DNA of 64,000 nt from Candidatus Latescibacterota bacterium (GTDB lineage: Bacteria; Latescibacterota; UBA2968; UBA8231), in assembly GCA_965197905.1 (NCBI GenBank), contig CBDAOB010000004.1, positions 992,001-1,056,000 on the forward strand. The letters run 5' to 3'. Under the pieces are notes generated by a model that saw only the letters and a list, made by a program, of their open reading frames with translations, searched no databases and had not been told where the DNA came from. Position 1 is the stretch's first letter. The number at the start of each line of letters is the position of its first letter. The translations under genes were made by a program, and so were the position numbers. Shown in pieces: positions 1-9,852 of the stretch.

Positions 1-81
1 TAGGAAGATCTGCTCATCTGCGCCCTTGACGTACACGAAGACCTTACCCCCTTCAACGAGCGGCGAGCCCGTACAACCGAA
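1..81 (-). pseudogene. Fragment resembling a PQQ-binding-like beta-propeller repeat (runs off window edge)
   Basis: Minus strand reads FGCTGSPLVEGGKVFVYVKGADEQIFL, directly preceded by in-frame TGA (82-84). Confidence 0.3.
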
Positions 82-213
82 TCAATATCTGCCTAAGAAG
101 CAGGCGCGGTGCCCGTCAGAATGGCAGCGTTAGATTCAGTTGGTGTCAAGCCACGACAGGGGACGAAAGAGTTTCGTCGACGCGAACGGGCATGGTAAAT
201 ACAAAGGAGAGTC

Positions 214-1209
214 ATGGATATTCTCGAACGATTTGTGGCTATCGATAACAAATGTGCTTGGCCCAATCTTACGCTCATGCCGGACGGCAGCATCCTTGCA
301 GCCGTCTTCGGCGAGCCCTGTCATCTGTTGTGGGAAGGGGCAGGAGAATGCTGGCGCAGCCAAGACGGTGGCAGAACCTGGTCGTTCGTGAGCGTGCCCG
401 TCCCCAATCAACCGCTCACAAACCGCGGCAATATGGCCGCAGGGCTGACACCGAGCGGCGCGTATGTAGTACTGTGCGGTGGCTGGAGCAACGTCTGTCC
501 AAAGGGAGAGCGGCCGTCGTCGCCAGTAGCCCCGGGAGTCCGCGGCATAATGCCACCCATCGTCGCCCGATCCGAGGACGGCGGCAACAGCTGGACCCAC
601 GAAAGCCTCGAGTTTGCCCCGGAAACCAAAAATCTCTTCGCCTACGGCGATATCGTGACGCTACCCGGAAATCGTCTCGCCGCCGCATGTTACGTACAAG
701 GTGAAAACGGCAGCACTGCGTGGATCTACTTCAGCGACGATGACGGGCGAACATGGGAAGATGCCCGTGTGATCGGCAACGACAGGTACAATGAGACGGC
801 GCTGCTATCCCTTGGCGAAGGCAGGCTTCTTGCTGCCAGTCGTACCGAGATTACGGCAGAAACCGAGATCTTTGCTTCCGATGACGGCGGTCAATCGTGG
901 ACCTGTCGCGGTGCGGTAACACCCTCGCGGCACATGCCGGCACATCTCACCCAGTTGCGGGACGAGTCGATCCTGCTCACCTATGGGGTGCGCCTGCGCG
1001 GCATGCTTGGAGTTTACGCCAGCATCAGTCGCGACGGCGGCCAAACCTGGGATGATCCGCGGGTGCTGTTCAATACTGCCGCTTACCAGTCCGACTCGAG
1101 CTCTAAGGGGACGGACGGCGGTTATCCGTCCAGCGTGCAGTTGGCAGACGGCAGCATCCTCACCGCCTACTATTGCCAACGGATCCCCATGCTACTCTGG
1201 CGAGATTGA
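214..1209 (+). CDS. BNR/Asp-box sialidase-family protein (C-terminus possibly truncated)
   Basis: Repeated Asp-boxes SQDGGRTW, SEDGGNSW, SDDDGRTW, SDDGGQSW, SRDGGQTW; GGYPSSVQLADG; RBS AAGGAG. Confidence 0.85.
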   Translation: MDILERFVAIDNKCAWPNLTLMPDGSILAAVFGEPCHLLWEGAGECWRSQDGGRTWSFVSVPVPNQPLTNRGNMAAGLTPSGAYVVLCGGWSNVCPKGERPSSPVAPGVRGIMPPIVARSEDGGNSWTHESLEFAPETKNLFAYGDIVTLPGNRLAAACYVQGENGSTAWIYFSDDDGRTWEDARVIGNDRYNETALLSLGEGRLLAASRTEITAETEIFASDDGGQSWTCRGAVTPSRHMPAHLTQLRDESILLTYGVRLRGMLGVYASISRDGGQTWDDPRVLFNTAAYQSDSSSKGTDGGYPSSVQLADGSILTAYYCQRIPMLLWRD

Positions 1210-1214
1210 GATCG

Positions 1215-1265
1215 CTGCTCGCCCGCGAGGACATTCGGGCAGTGGTCATCGCCGTGGAAACCTCA
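1215..1265 (+). pseudogene. Gfo/Idh/MocA oxidoreductase scrap
   Basis: Reads LLAREDIRAVVIAVETS, like the family motif LLxxxDIDAVVIAxP; no start or flanking homology. Confidence 0.4.
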
Positions 1266-1303
1266 GGGGGCCCCTCGGCCGCGGCACGGTCCAGCTCGCC
1301 GTT

Positions 1304-2851
1304 TCAGCTGGCCGCGCAACGCCTCTCCCACTCGTAGTACATCACCGCCATTTCCCTGACGCGGTCCGGGTACTGATCGGCGAGGTTATTCTCTTCGGTC
1401 CGGTCGGCATCCATATCGTACAACTCCCACAACCCATCCGGGTCCGGCGGCCAATTCGCTGGCGGCCTGTTCGCCTCATCCCGGCGCCAGGGATTGTACG
1501 GCACCCAGTAGTCGGGGGATACGAGTTTCCACTTGCCCGCTCTGACGGCGCGCCAGAGGCCATCCTGGTTCCAGAAGAGCGCCTCGTGACCGTCGCGCTG
1601 CTCACCCCGAAAGACCGGCAGCAGGCTTTTTCCCTCCAGAGGCGTGACCTCACGACCGTCGTGGGTGGATGGGTAATCAGCCCCGGTGACATCCGCGCAC
1701 GTGGCCATCACATCGATGAGGTGACCCATCTGGTGCGTGATCGCACCCCCCTGAGGAATCACCTTCGGCCAGTAGGCGATCAGCGGCGTGGCGATACCGC
1801 CTTCGTGGTTCCAGCGCTTGAATTTGCGAAACGGCGTGTTGCTGAGATTGCCCCAGGGCAGGTTTGCCGAATGGTACGAGTCCATCGTTCCGGGCGGGAT
1901 ATCGGGCGTGCTCGTCCTGTCCTCATCGCTGGCGCCGTTGTCTGACAAGACCAGCACGAGCGTGTTCTCTTCTTCTCCAAGCTCGCGGATCTTGGCCATG
2001 AGCCGGCCGATGTTCTGATCGAGGCTATCCACCATGGCCGCGTAGACGGCCATTTTCAGATCCCAGGCATCCTTGTCCCCGATCTCATCCCACGGCAGCG
2101 CGTCGGGATCGCGCGCCGACAGCGCCCAGCGCTCCTCGATCAAACCCATTTCGACCATTCGCTTCATGCGCCGCTCGCGGAGACGATCCCAGCCGACTTT
2201 ATACTTGCCCTGGTATTTGGCGATGTCCCGCGGCCGGGCATGGAGCGGCCAGTGAGGAGCCGTGTATGCCATATAGAGGAAAAAGGGATCCTCCCTCGGG
2301 CCGTATTCGTCCAGGTATTCGAGGGCGCGATCGGTAAAAGCGTCGGTCGTGTAGTAGTCTGGGTCTTCGGGTGTGTACGGCTGGATGAGCTGGTCGTCAT
2401 CGGCGAACACCTCGTAGCCGTGTGCGGGCGTTTTTCTCGCGGGTTCCGGTTCGCCGGGCCGTCGCACGCCCGGGTTGAAGTAATTGCAGCCTCCTCCGGT
2501 GGGTCCGTAGTTGTGATCGAAACCGCGTTCGAAAGGCAAACCCGCGAGCTCCTCCTGTAAGTGCCACTTCCCCGTCATCAGGGTGTGGTAGCCGGCCGTC
2601 TTAAGCATCTCGGCCATGGTGACGTGGCCCATGGACCTCTGTGCACCACCGACCTGCTGGGAATACAACCCGGTCAGCAGCGAAGCTCTCGTAGCGACGC
2701 AAATGGCGTTGTTGTAGAAGTTGGTGAAGCGCAGGCCGTTCGCGGCCAGCCGATCCACGTTCGGGGTGACGATCTCGCCGCCGTAGCAACCCAGATCGGA
2801 ATAACCCATGTCATCGGCGACGATGAGGACGATATTCGGTCTCGAGTCCAT
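1304..2851 (-). CDS. Arylsulfatase (formylglycine-dependent, family S1)
   Basis: PNIVLIVADDMGYSDLGCYGG, CVATRASLLTG, GKWHL, SDNG, WELYD; ATG 2851 with GAGG RBS. Confidence 0.93.
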   Translation of the reverse strand: MDSRPNIVLIVADDMGYSDLGCYGGEIVTPNVDRLAANGLRFTNFYNNAICVATRASLLTGLYSQQVGGAQRSMGHVTMAEMLKTAGYHTLMTGKWHLQEELAGLPFERGFDHNYGPTGGGCNYFNPGVRRPGEPEPARKTPAHGYEVFADDDQLIQPYTPEDPDYYTTDAFTDRALEYLDEYGPREDPFFLYMAYTAPHWPLHARPRDIAKYQGKYKVGWDRLRERRMKRMVEMGLIEERWALSARDPDALPWDEIGDKDAWDLKMAVYAAMVDSLDQNIGRLMAKIRELGEEENTLVLVLSDNGASDEDRTSTPDIPPGTMDSYHSANLPWGNLSNTPFRKFKRWNHEGGIATPLIAYWPKVIPQGGAITHQMGHLIDVMATCADVTGADYPSTHDGREVTPLEGKSLLPVFRGEQRDGHEALFWNQDGLWRAVRAGKWKLVSPDYWVPYNPWRRDEANRPPANWPPDPDGLWELYDMDADRTEENNLADQYPDRVREMAVMYYEWERRCAAS

Positions 2852-2862
2852 TGCCCTCAATA

Positions 2863-3258
2863 TCAGTCCTCGGACACGTCAACTGTTTCACGGTTGGCGG
2901 ACGAGAAAGCGATCAGCAGAACCGCGTCCTCGGCGGACACGTTGCGCGCCTGGTGCGGCAAGTGGGCGGGAAGGCTGATGCAGTCGCCGGGGTGCAGCCG
3001 CACCACACGACCGTCGTCGACCACATGATCGATGATCCCCTGCAAGACCACCAGCACTTCTGAGCAATTGGGATGCTTGTGAAGGGGATTCTCCGCGCCG
3101 GGCTCGAGCACACACTTACCGACTGTCATGTCTGTCGAGTTCCCTACCTCCGCGCTCGCGAACCAGGTCAGACTTCCCCATTCGAAAGGGAGCGTCTGCG
3201 CCTCGCTCGCACGACGTAGCTTTGCATTCTCCATACTCGTCATTCCTTTATCTTGCAT
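2863..3258 (-). CDS. Cupin domain protein
   Basis: PLHKHPNCSEVLVVLQG and LHPGDCISLPAHLPHQARN cupin motifs; start could be 3243 or 3234. Confidence 0.85.
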   Translation of the reverse strand: MQDKGMTSMENAKLRRASEAQTLPFEWGSLTWFASAEVGNSTDMTVGKCVLEPGAENPLHKHPNCSEVLVVLQGIIDHVVDDGRVVRLHPGDCISLPAHLPHQARNVSAEDAVLLIAFSSANRETVDVSED

Positions 3259-3350
3259 CGAACTAGTGCTTGTACCGCTTAGCTCCTAGAATATTCCTGT
3301 CGGGGCCGAGAAGCAAATTCCGCCATGCCTCGCTCCATTTGCAGCTGGCG

Positions 3351-3515
3351 TTAAGACTCAGGGACACGTGTGCGACCACGCTGTTAGATTCTGGTGTGCC
3401 CTTGGATCGCGTTCAAGTGATCCTGGGTCATCGTGATATCGGGATGACGCGCCGATGCGCCGAGACTCGTCCGGAGGCACTCCGAGAAGCTATCGCTCAA
3501 ACTTTTGACCGGTAG
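3351..3515 (+). pseudogene. Tyrosine recombinase/integrase C-terminal remnant
   Basis: LRDTCATTLLDSGVPLDRVQVILGHRDIGMTRRCA matches Box II LRHT.AT.L...G....VQ..LGH....T..Y; catalytic Tyr position is Cys (TGC); N-terminus absent. Confidence 0.8.
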
Positions 3516-3606
3516 GCGTCCGCCGGACTCTCCAACGTGTCCCCAGAATCTCCCGGTGCTGGCTATCCAAGTAAATCTCCAGATTTCAACCATGCCTCCT
3601 GATTTT

Positions 3607-5904
3607 CTAGATCGGCCGTCCGAACTCGGTAAACCCCAAGAGCACCCTCACGAAGAACGTTCGCAAGTGGAAGTCGCGGTCGTCCAGAAACGGGGAGTCA
3701 TACTCGATCCTGTCGGCGTTGAACCCCATTGTGGTTACGAGGTCGTAGCCAAAATAACGCGAGCTGTTGGTGATGGAAACGAAAACGGTGCGCCGCTCAA
3801 AGCTGTTGCGTTTTGAGGTGTCGTCCCGGCGCCGGTACGGTATGGGTCCAAAGCCCTGGAATCCAACCCGCAGGTTTGTCCTGGTAAGGAGCGGATATTC
3901 GACGCGTAGAATCGGGATAGAGCGCAGCTCCGACTGCAGCCGCACCTCGCGCTCCCGATCCACCAGGCGCAACAGCAGGAGCTTGTATTTGGGGGTAACC
4001 GTCAGTTTGCCCCAGCGCCCCTCGTACTGGATGCGACTGGTCGAGGTCCAGAAATCGACCCGGCGCTGCCGCTGGAAGAGGCCGTGCACCTTGCCGCCTT
4101 GCTGCCAGTTGAAACGTCCCCGCAGTTTCTGCACGATCTCCAAGGACGGCCAGGGCACAACGCGGCCTTGCACATAGCTGTCGCTGACGATGCTATCGCG
4201 GTAGAACGGCTGATCGGGCAGGATCTCCACCACCATGTGCACCGGCAGGCCGAAACCCTCTTGAACGGGCCGGAGGTAGGCAATTCCACGGCTTCCAAAG
4301 CGCACATCGCGCGGTCCCGCGTCATCGTCGAACACCATGATCTCATCGGCGATGTCGTCCTGAATCTTGCGCAGGCCGCTCTCGAAGAACAGGCTTTTGA
4401 GTCCTCCCTCTCCCTGCCATCGGTAGGTCAACAAACCATAGGTCGAATGGTTGTTCCCGCTGCCCGCAATCTCCTCGATGTCGTAGCGGCCGGCGGCGGC
4501 GGACCAGCCTGGCGTCAGATCCCACTGGCCGAACAGGTGGTAGCCGCGCTCGTCGTGCTCGTAAGGGTAGTCCACTTCGGCGTCGTCTTCGCGCTGGTCC
4601 GGCTCGTCATTGTTGTTGCGGTCCAAGCCGTACACGTAGCTGTTGGGCTCCACATCGAACATCAAAAACGGCTCTTCAAAGTCGGGCAACCGGTTGAAAT
4701 TGCGATTGGTGTCGGGGGCGCCGTCGTTGTCCGTATCCTGGTTGACAAAGACGCCGTTGAGGTCGGTGCCGACGCGGTCTCGGGGTATGCCTGGGGCGTT
4801 GCCGTATTTGATGTCGGGATAGCGATCGCCGTCGTCGTTGTCATCGACCGTCTGCCAGTACATGGAGCTGTTGAGCAGACCGTCCAGATGGCTCATCCAA
4901 AAGCTGGATTCACTGTGCAGAAAAGTGCGCATCTCGGTCTGGAAATCTGGATTGATAGAAAACATCTCGGCGCCGATCCGTCCGCGGCCAAAACGTCGGA
5001 CGGCGTTGAGGAAGTAGGCCCCGCCGCGATCGGCAAAACGCGGCGCTTTATCGAAGGCGGCTTGTCCATCGATGCGGGCGGGATAGCGGGAATACACACT
5101 CGAGCGTGCGTATTCGGCCGAGATCTCGAGACCCGCAAGCGTGAGACTGGCGTCGGCGCTGTAGACGAAGTGACCGGTGTTTTCCCCGACATTGAAACGT
5201 ACCCGGCGCAGATTTGAAAGATCCTGAACATTGCCCTTGGAACGCCGCACTATGTGGTAGTAGGTGCTGGAGTAGCGGTCCGCGTAGTTGGCCGATTGGG
5301 ATTTGGTGTACAACATGGCCACGTCCACCAGGTAGTCGTTCCCCAACAAGCCTTCCACGGCCACTGACCGGACGTCAGGTTCGCCCGAAACGTCGAACAG
5401 AAATACGACCTGTTTCTCGCCATCTGCTTGCAGCATCCGCTGCGGTGATTCCACTGTGTAGAGGGACTCTAGGCCGGGGATATTGGCCTGTTTGCCGACA
5501 TCGATGCCCGCCTCGTGATCCAGGCGTGCGAGATAGTCCGCAAACAGCGGGAAATCGCGATTGCGGTAGTAGAATTCGTTGAAGTAGGGGGCGGCGGCGG
5601 AAGCAGAGAATAGGTCGTAGCCCAAGGGGGTGAAACTGCCGTCGAGCGCCGAAACAAGTCCCACCTGAATCGGGGGTTTGCCGACATGGCTGATCACCTG
5701 GGGCACCAGGTCGGGCCGCGCCTGGTCATTGATCACCAGCTGAAGATCCTGCACCGCCGCGCCGCCGCCGCCGTCAGCGGGCGAATCGTCCCGGAAGCGC
5801 ACGATGATCCAGTCCATCATCGGCTGATCCGGCTTCAGTCTGCCCTTGAGACTGTTCCCGGTGGTCCGCGTGCTCTGGTAGACGTGCTGGTTCACCCAGT
5901 TCAA
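3607..5904 (-). CDS. Large uncharacterised protein with acidic Ca-binding-like loops and beta-barrel-like C-terminus; probably 5'-truncated
   Basis: 765-codon ORF with biased codon usage; DDNDDGDRYPD, DTDNDGAPD, DRNNNDEPDQREDD; only a TTG start, 4 codons after an in-frame TGA; no signal peptide. Confidence 0.7.
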   Translation of the reverse strand: MNWVNQHVYQSTRTTGNSLKGRLKPDQPMMDWIIVRFRDDSPADGGGGAAVQDLQLVINDQARPDLVPQVISHVGKPPIQVGLVSALDGSFTPLGYDLFSASAAAPYFNEFYYRNRDFPLFADYLARLDHEAGIDVGKQANIPGLESLYTVESPQRMLQADGEKQVVFLFDVSGEPDVRSVAVEGLLGNDYLVDVAMLYTKSQSANYADRYSSTYYHIVRRSKGNVQDLSNLRRVRFNVGENTGHFVYSADASLTLAGLEISAEYARSSVYSRYPARIDGQAAFDKAPRFADRGGAYFLNAVRRFGRGRIGAEMFSINPDFQTEMRTFLHSESSFWMSHLDGLLNSSMYWQTVDDNDDGDRYPDIKYGNAPGIPRDRVGTDLNGVFVNQDTDNDGAPDTNRNFNRLPDFEEPFLMFDVEPNSYVYGLDRNNNDEPDQREDDAEVDYPYEHDERGYHLFGQWDLTPGWSAAAGRYDIEEIAGSGNNHSTYGLLTYRWQGEGGLKSLFFESGLRKIQDDIADEIMVFDDDAGPRDVRFGSRGIAYLRPVQEGFGLPVHMVVEILPDQPFYRDSIVSDSYVQGRVVPWPSLEIVQKLRGRFNWQQGGKVHGLFQRQRRVDFWTSTSRIQYEGRWGKLTVTPKYKLLLLRLVDREREVRLQSELRSIPILRVEYPLLTRTNLRVGFQGFGPIPYRRRDDTSKRNSFERRTVFVSITNSSRYFGYDLVTTMGFNADRIEYDSPFLDDRDFHLRTFFVRVLLGFTEFGRPI

Positions 5905-5932
5905 GCCCAGATGCTGTCACTCCCCACCAAAT

Positions 5933-7402
5933 CTACTCATTCGCCACGTACAGGGCGTACACCTTCGCATCCTCCGGCCGGAGCCCGTCGCCGTAATTCA
6001 CCTGCAAACGGAACGACTCCCCCGCCGGCAGCTCGTCGCGCTCCTTCCAGCGCACCGGCAGACGGAAGCCGTCCTCCGCCAGCGGCACACAGGCATCTCC
6101 GGAGTATCCGGGCAGCGGATGGAAACCCTCGTCGAGCACCTCCACCGTCACCGGAGAGTGCTCGTTCAGATCGGCGTTGGCGAACACCTTCTGCGGACCG
6201 TCACCGGCGCGCAGGGGGCAGCTGATGAAGTGGGGCCGCGGTCGCGTGATCGGGAAAAACTCCCCCTCGCCGAAGATGATCTCGTCGAAGGTCTCGAAAC
6301 AGCCGAGCCGGTCCAGGTGCCAGCTGGCGCAACGGACGTCGGTGCCGAAGAACATGCCATACCACATCAGGGTCCTGTCGCCGCGGTTGACCATCGCCGG
6401 TCCGTGGGCATGGGTGAGCGCGCGGCCGCGGTCGTCCGGTTGCTCGGGCTCGACGGCGGCGGGGATGAACTTGAAATCGGGAATCGGCTCGCGATAGTGC
6501 AGGGCATCGTTCGAAACCACCAGGCCCAGGTCCATGTCGATCCGGTTCTGCTCACCCATCGGGTTGCCGTGCCACATGTCGTAGCACCCGATGATCACAT
6601 TGCCGCGGCTCTGCAACATCGCGCCCTGATGGGCTTCCTCCGCCATGTTGTGGTGCGGCTCCATGCGCCGCGGCGGCACGTCGTCGCGGCGGAAACTGAG
6701 ACAGGAAGCCTGGGTCCAGGTCTCGAAATCGTAGGAGGCGAAGGTGACCATCTTGCGGGTGATGCCGAAGTGGGAGCCGTGGTAGCCCAGCTCGTCCTGG
6801 GAGGTGACGTAATAACAGCCGTTGTGTTTGACCACGCTGCCGGTCTCCTGGGCCGGACCCACCGGGTTGTTGGGCGATTCCGTCCAGCGCAAGCCGTCGG
6901 GGCTGTAGGCCACCGCCAGGCTGTTGACGAACTGATTGGCCTCGATGCACATCTTGAAGCGACGGTTGGGATCGGGATCGTCCGGATCGAAGATGACGGG
7001 CGCGCTGGTCAGACAGGGCTGGCCGTCGAACAGGTCGATGATGTTGTTGTTTTTGTTGCCGTTGAACTCGATCAAACCCAGGTTCGGTCGCTCCCAGTTG
7101 TAACCGTCTTGACTAACCGCATAACCCAAGCGCCGGGACTTGTCCAGACTACTCTTGGCCTGGTACCACATGCGCAGCTCGCCGTCGAAATCGATGACCG
7201 TGCCGTAGAAGTGGACCTTCTCGTCATCGACCGAGCCCGGTTCGCCGCGGCGCAGGACGATGGGGGGTTTGTTGTAGGGGGTCTTTCCCGGAACCAGCTG
7301 CAACCGCAGTCCGGTGCTGAACGGGATGCTGTGGGTGTCGAAGGGAAACAGGACGGCTTCGTCGACTTTGTTGATGGGAACTGCGTTATGCACTTCCAAC
7401 AT
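5933..7402 (-). CDS. Uncharacterised beta-propeller (GH32/43-like fold) protein
   Basis: LRMWY..YAVSQDGYNWERPNLG, YSPDGLRW, C-terminal LEVLD..PLPGYS..C..V.W module; RBS AGGAG. Confidence 0.7.
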   Translation of the reverse strand: MLEVHNAVPINKVDEAVLFPFDTHSIPFSTGLRLQLVPGKTPYNKPPIVLRRGEPGSVDDEKVHFYGTVIDFDGELRMWYQAKSSLDKSRRLGYAVSQDGYNWERPNLGLIEFNGNKNNNIIDLFDGQPCLTSAPVIFDPDDPDPNRRFKMCIEANQFVNSLAVAYSPDGLRWTESPNNPVGPAQETGSVVKHNGCYYVTSQDELGYHGSHFGITRKMVTFASYDFETWTQASCLSFRRDDVPPRRMEPHHNMAEEAHQGAMLQSRGNVIIGCYDMWHGNPMGEQNRIDMDLGLVVSNDALHYREPIPDFKFIPAAVEPEQPDDRGRALTHAHGPAMVNRGDRTLMWYGMFFGTDVRCASWHLDRLGCFETFDEIIFGEGEFFPITRPRPHFISCPLRAGDGPQKVFANADLNEHSPVTVEVLDEGFHPLPGYSGDACVPLAEDGFRLPVRWKERDELPAGESFRLQVNYGDGLRPEDAKVYALYVANE

Positions 7403-7503
7403 GGTTTCAATCTCCTGTGGGGTTCATGAGCTGCTTCGGGGTCATAGTTATAAGGAATATGGCCGGCGGGCGCACGAGAGGTCAGAGCTGGTTGGTGAAG
7501 GAT

Positions 7504-7569
7504 CAGAAACTCCATGCCGATCAGGTCGACGTCGTAATTCTGCGCCACCTCTTCGATGAGGCCGAAGAA
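7504..7569 (-). pseudogene. Isolated ~22-codon sliver of a GHL10/DUF187-like gene
   Basis: FFGLIEEVAQNYDVDLIGMEFL versus IFAVIEEVAENYDVDLIGMEFF in 13756..15396. Confidence 0.8.
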
Positions 7570-7865
7570 TAGCCCGTCCTTTGGAAATCCGGACGTCATA
7601 ATTCTGGCACAGATGCACGAATCTGGAATGAATATTTATCTTGATGCACTCCTCGTTCCGTATATATTTTCCCAGTTAAAGCTACTCACCGGGTTTGTCT
7701 GCACCTTAATCTGTATTCGCCCTCGCCGGAGGGGGTTAAGAGAAGTTGCTAAACTCCGGAGAAAGGAGTAGAGCCACAACACAATCTAGTTTACGTAAAT
7801 ACCAGTTGATTCACGTCTTTAGGTGAATCTCGGTTTCCCTCACTTCTCTCAAGGAGAATTCAAAG

Positions 7866-9824
7866 ATGCAGAAGTTACGCAGCTTGTTTCTTGGCATGGC
7901 AATAGTCATGCTGGCTATCGGCGCCGCAAGCGGCGAAACCTTTCCGTCCTCAGCCCCGGTACCCGAGGATTTCCATGATATAGTCCGCAAGCCGGATCGC
8001 TCCGGCGACCCGAATCCGTTGCGCCTCACGACCAGCGACGTGTCGTGGGACGGCAGCGGGCCCGTGGACATCAGTTGGAATATGAACCAGCGCGCCCGCG
8101 TCTGGATCGCGATCTACGAAGTGGGCAGCAATGAGACCGGTCCTTCCGGTCCCAACGGCGCTGTCAAGCGCCTCGTTCCCCAGGACAAGTTCGTGAACGT
8201 GGTGCCCCCGGGTGGAGCCGATTTCGAAGGCGGCAGCAGTACCTACAACTGGGATGGTAACGACTGGGAAGGCAATGCGGCTGGCGCTGGCAGCTATTCG
8301 TTCGACGTCATCGCCTTCAACAACCTCGATCCCGCGACGTTGATGTTCGGTCGCAACAGAGACCAGTTCAGCGACCACGAAATCGACATGCGCGACCAGA
8401 CCATGTGGACGCATCGGAGGGGCCGGTACCGCGAGGCCAATGGCGATGGGCCCCACTTCGTGCACGTCTTCACTTTGGGCACCGACTACATCGCCAATCC
8501 CACCGCCTATGAGACTTGGGATGCCTCCGCTGTCTGGGAGGTCGTGGAAGAGTCCGGCAGCCGCGGCGGCCCGAAACCCGATCCCGATGATCCCGACATC
8601 ATCTACCTGGTCAACTCCAACTGGAACAACGAATTCTCCGGTATCTTCAAGTCGAAGAAGAACCATGCTTCCAAGAGCCTGGAGCGGGTGACGGAATGGG
8701 GCGCCAACGGTTTTGCCGACGTGCCCGGGCCGACCACCGAGAACGCCATGCAGATATTGGTCTACAACGACCAGATCATCTCGCCCAACTGGTCTCAGGC
8801 CGATCCGCCGGCCAGTGGCCTGAATTTCTGGGACAAGGGCTCCGGTGAGTTCCTCAAGGCGTTCGATGTCCGCGAATTCTTCCTGCGCTGGCGCGTCGAT
8901 GACAATGGCAACCAGACCTTCAGTGGCGGCGGACCGTCTTCTGTTTCCGCCGATGACACCGGTCTGTGGCTTTGCGGTTGGAGGTCGACCTCGATCATCA
9001 AGCTGGACTGGGACGGCAATCTAATCTGGTTCAATGGTCCCGGCGATCTCTACTCCGACCAGTTCTCCGAAGAGCGCGCTGCGGCTCTCGGCCTTACCGG
9101 TCCGGCCGCGGGGGGCTCGTTTCAGCTGACCATCCGCGTAACCAACGACCGCACCGGACACATTGCCATGTACACGCCGGCCGCCAATCAGTTTGGCAAC
9201 CAGTACGAGGCGATGGGTCGCGACGGCTCGGGTATCTTGCGACTGTTCCTGTCGACCCAGATTGGTCCGTTCAGGCCCGGTGACACTAACCACATCTCCT
9301 GGGTCGACGAGAATCAGGGTCGGGTGAACGGCCATTGGATTGGTCCGGATCGGCGGCCCGGCCCGTTCGACGGCATCTACCTGGACGGCAACTGGGATCT
9401 GGGGGTCAATGGTCCGGCACCGGAGCGCGAAGCCAGCGAGATCGTCGATTTCCTGCAGGCGTTTCACGTTCCGTTCGATCTGGCCGTAGGTCGTCTGGGT
9501 GCTGGCGTAACCGCAGTGGAAGCCGACGCCAGCGCGGGTACACCCGACAGCTATGCGTTGGGTGAAGCGTATCCCAACCCCTTCAATCCCGAGACCACCA
9601 TCGACTTCAGCGTGCCGGTGGATGGCCAGGTTTCGATCAACCTATACAACACGGCTGGTCAGCTAGTGGCCACTCTGGTCGACAACCAGTTCAGGACAGG
9701 TGCGTACAAGGCGACTTGGGATGCCCGCGACAAACAGGGTGAACCGGTGTCGAGTGGCGTTTACTTCTACCGCATGGAGGCGGGCGATTTCTCCGCCACG
9801 CATTCGATGACACTGCTGAAGTAA
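7866..9824 (+). CDS. Secreted protein with N-terminal FlgD-like segment, beta-rich core and C-terminal FlgD-Ig/T9SS-like sorting domain
   Basis: Signal peptide; YNWDGNDWEGNAAGAGSYSF; C-terminal AYPNPFNPETTI...ATWDARDKQGEPVSSGVYFYRMEAGDFSATHSMTLLK; RBS AAGGAG. Confidence 0.85.
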   Translation: MQKLRSLFLGMAIVMLAIGAASGETFPSSAPVPEDFHDIVRKPDRSGDPNPLRLTTSDVSWDGSGPVDISWNMNQRARVWIAIYEVGSNETGPSGPNGAVKRLVPQDKFVNVVPPGGADFEGGSSTYNWDGNDWEGNAAGAGSYSFDVIAFNNLDPATLMFGRNRDQFSDHEIDMRDQTMWTHRRGRYREANGDGPHFVHVFTLGTDYIANPTAYETWDASAVWEVVEESGSRGGPKPDPDDPDIIYLVNSNWNNEFSGIFKSKKNHASKSLERVTEWGANGFADVPGPTTENAMQILVYNDQIISPNWSQADPPASGLNFWDKGSGEFLKAFDVREFFLRWRVDDNGNQTFSGGGPSSVSADDTGLWLCGWRSTSIIKLDWDGNLIWFNGPGDLYSDQFSEERAAALGLTGPAAGGSFQLTIRVTNDRTGHIAMYTPAANQFGNQYEAMGRDGSGILRLFLSTQIGPFRPGDTNHISWVDENQGRVNGHWIGPDRRPGPFDGIYLDGNWDLGVNGPAPEREASEIVDFLQAFHVPFDLAVGRLGAGVTAVEADASAGTPDSYALGEAYPNPFNPETTIDFSVPVDGQVSINLYNTAGQLVATLVDNQFRTGAYKATWDARDKQGEPVSSGVYFYRMEAGDFSATHSMTLLK

Positions 9825-9852
9825 ACACGGCTTTACGTTCGGTATGGTCGGT

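Noticed and set aside
3515..3606. att direct repeat of the tRNA-Leu 3' end beside the integrase remnant
   Set aside because: Only a short match (GCCGGACTC) is present, which is not significant in GC-rich DNA
7740..7800. c-di-GMP-I riboswitch (GCTAAACTCC..GAAA..GGAG)
   Set aside because: The second stem and conserved linker are not recognisable; kept only as a generic structured leader
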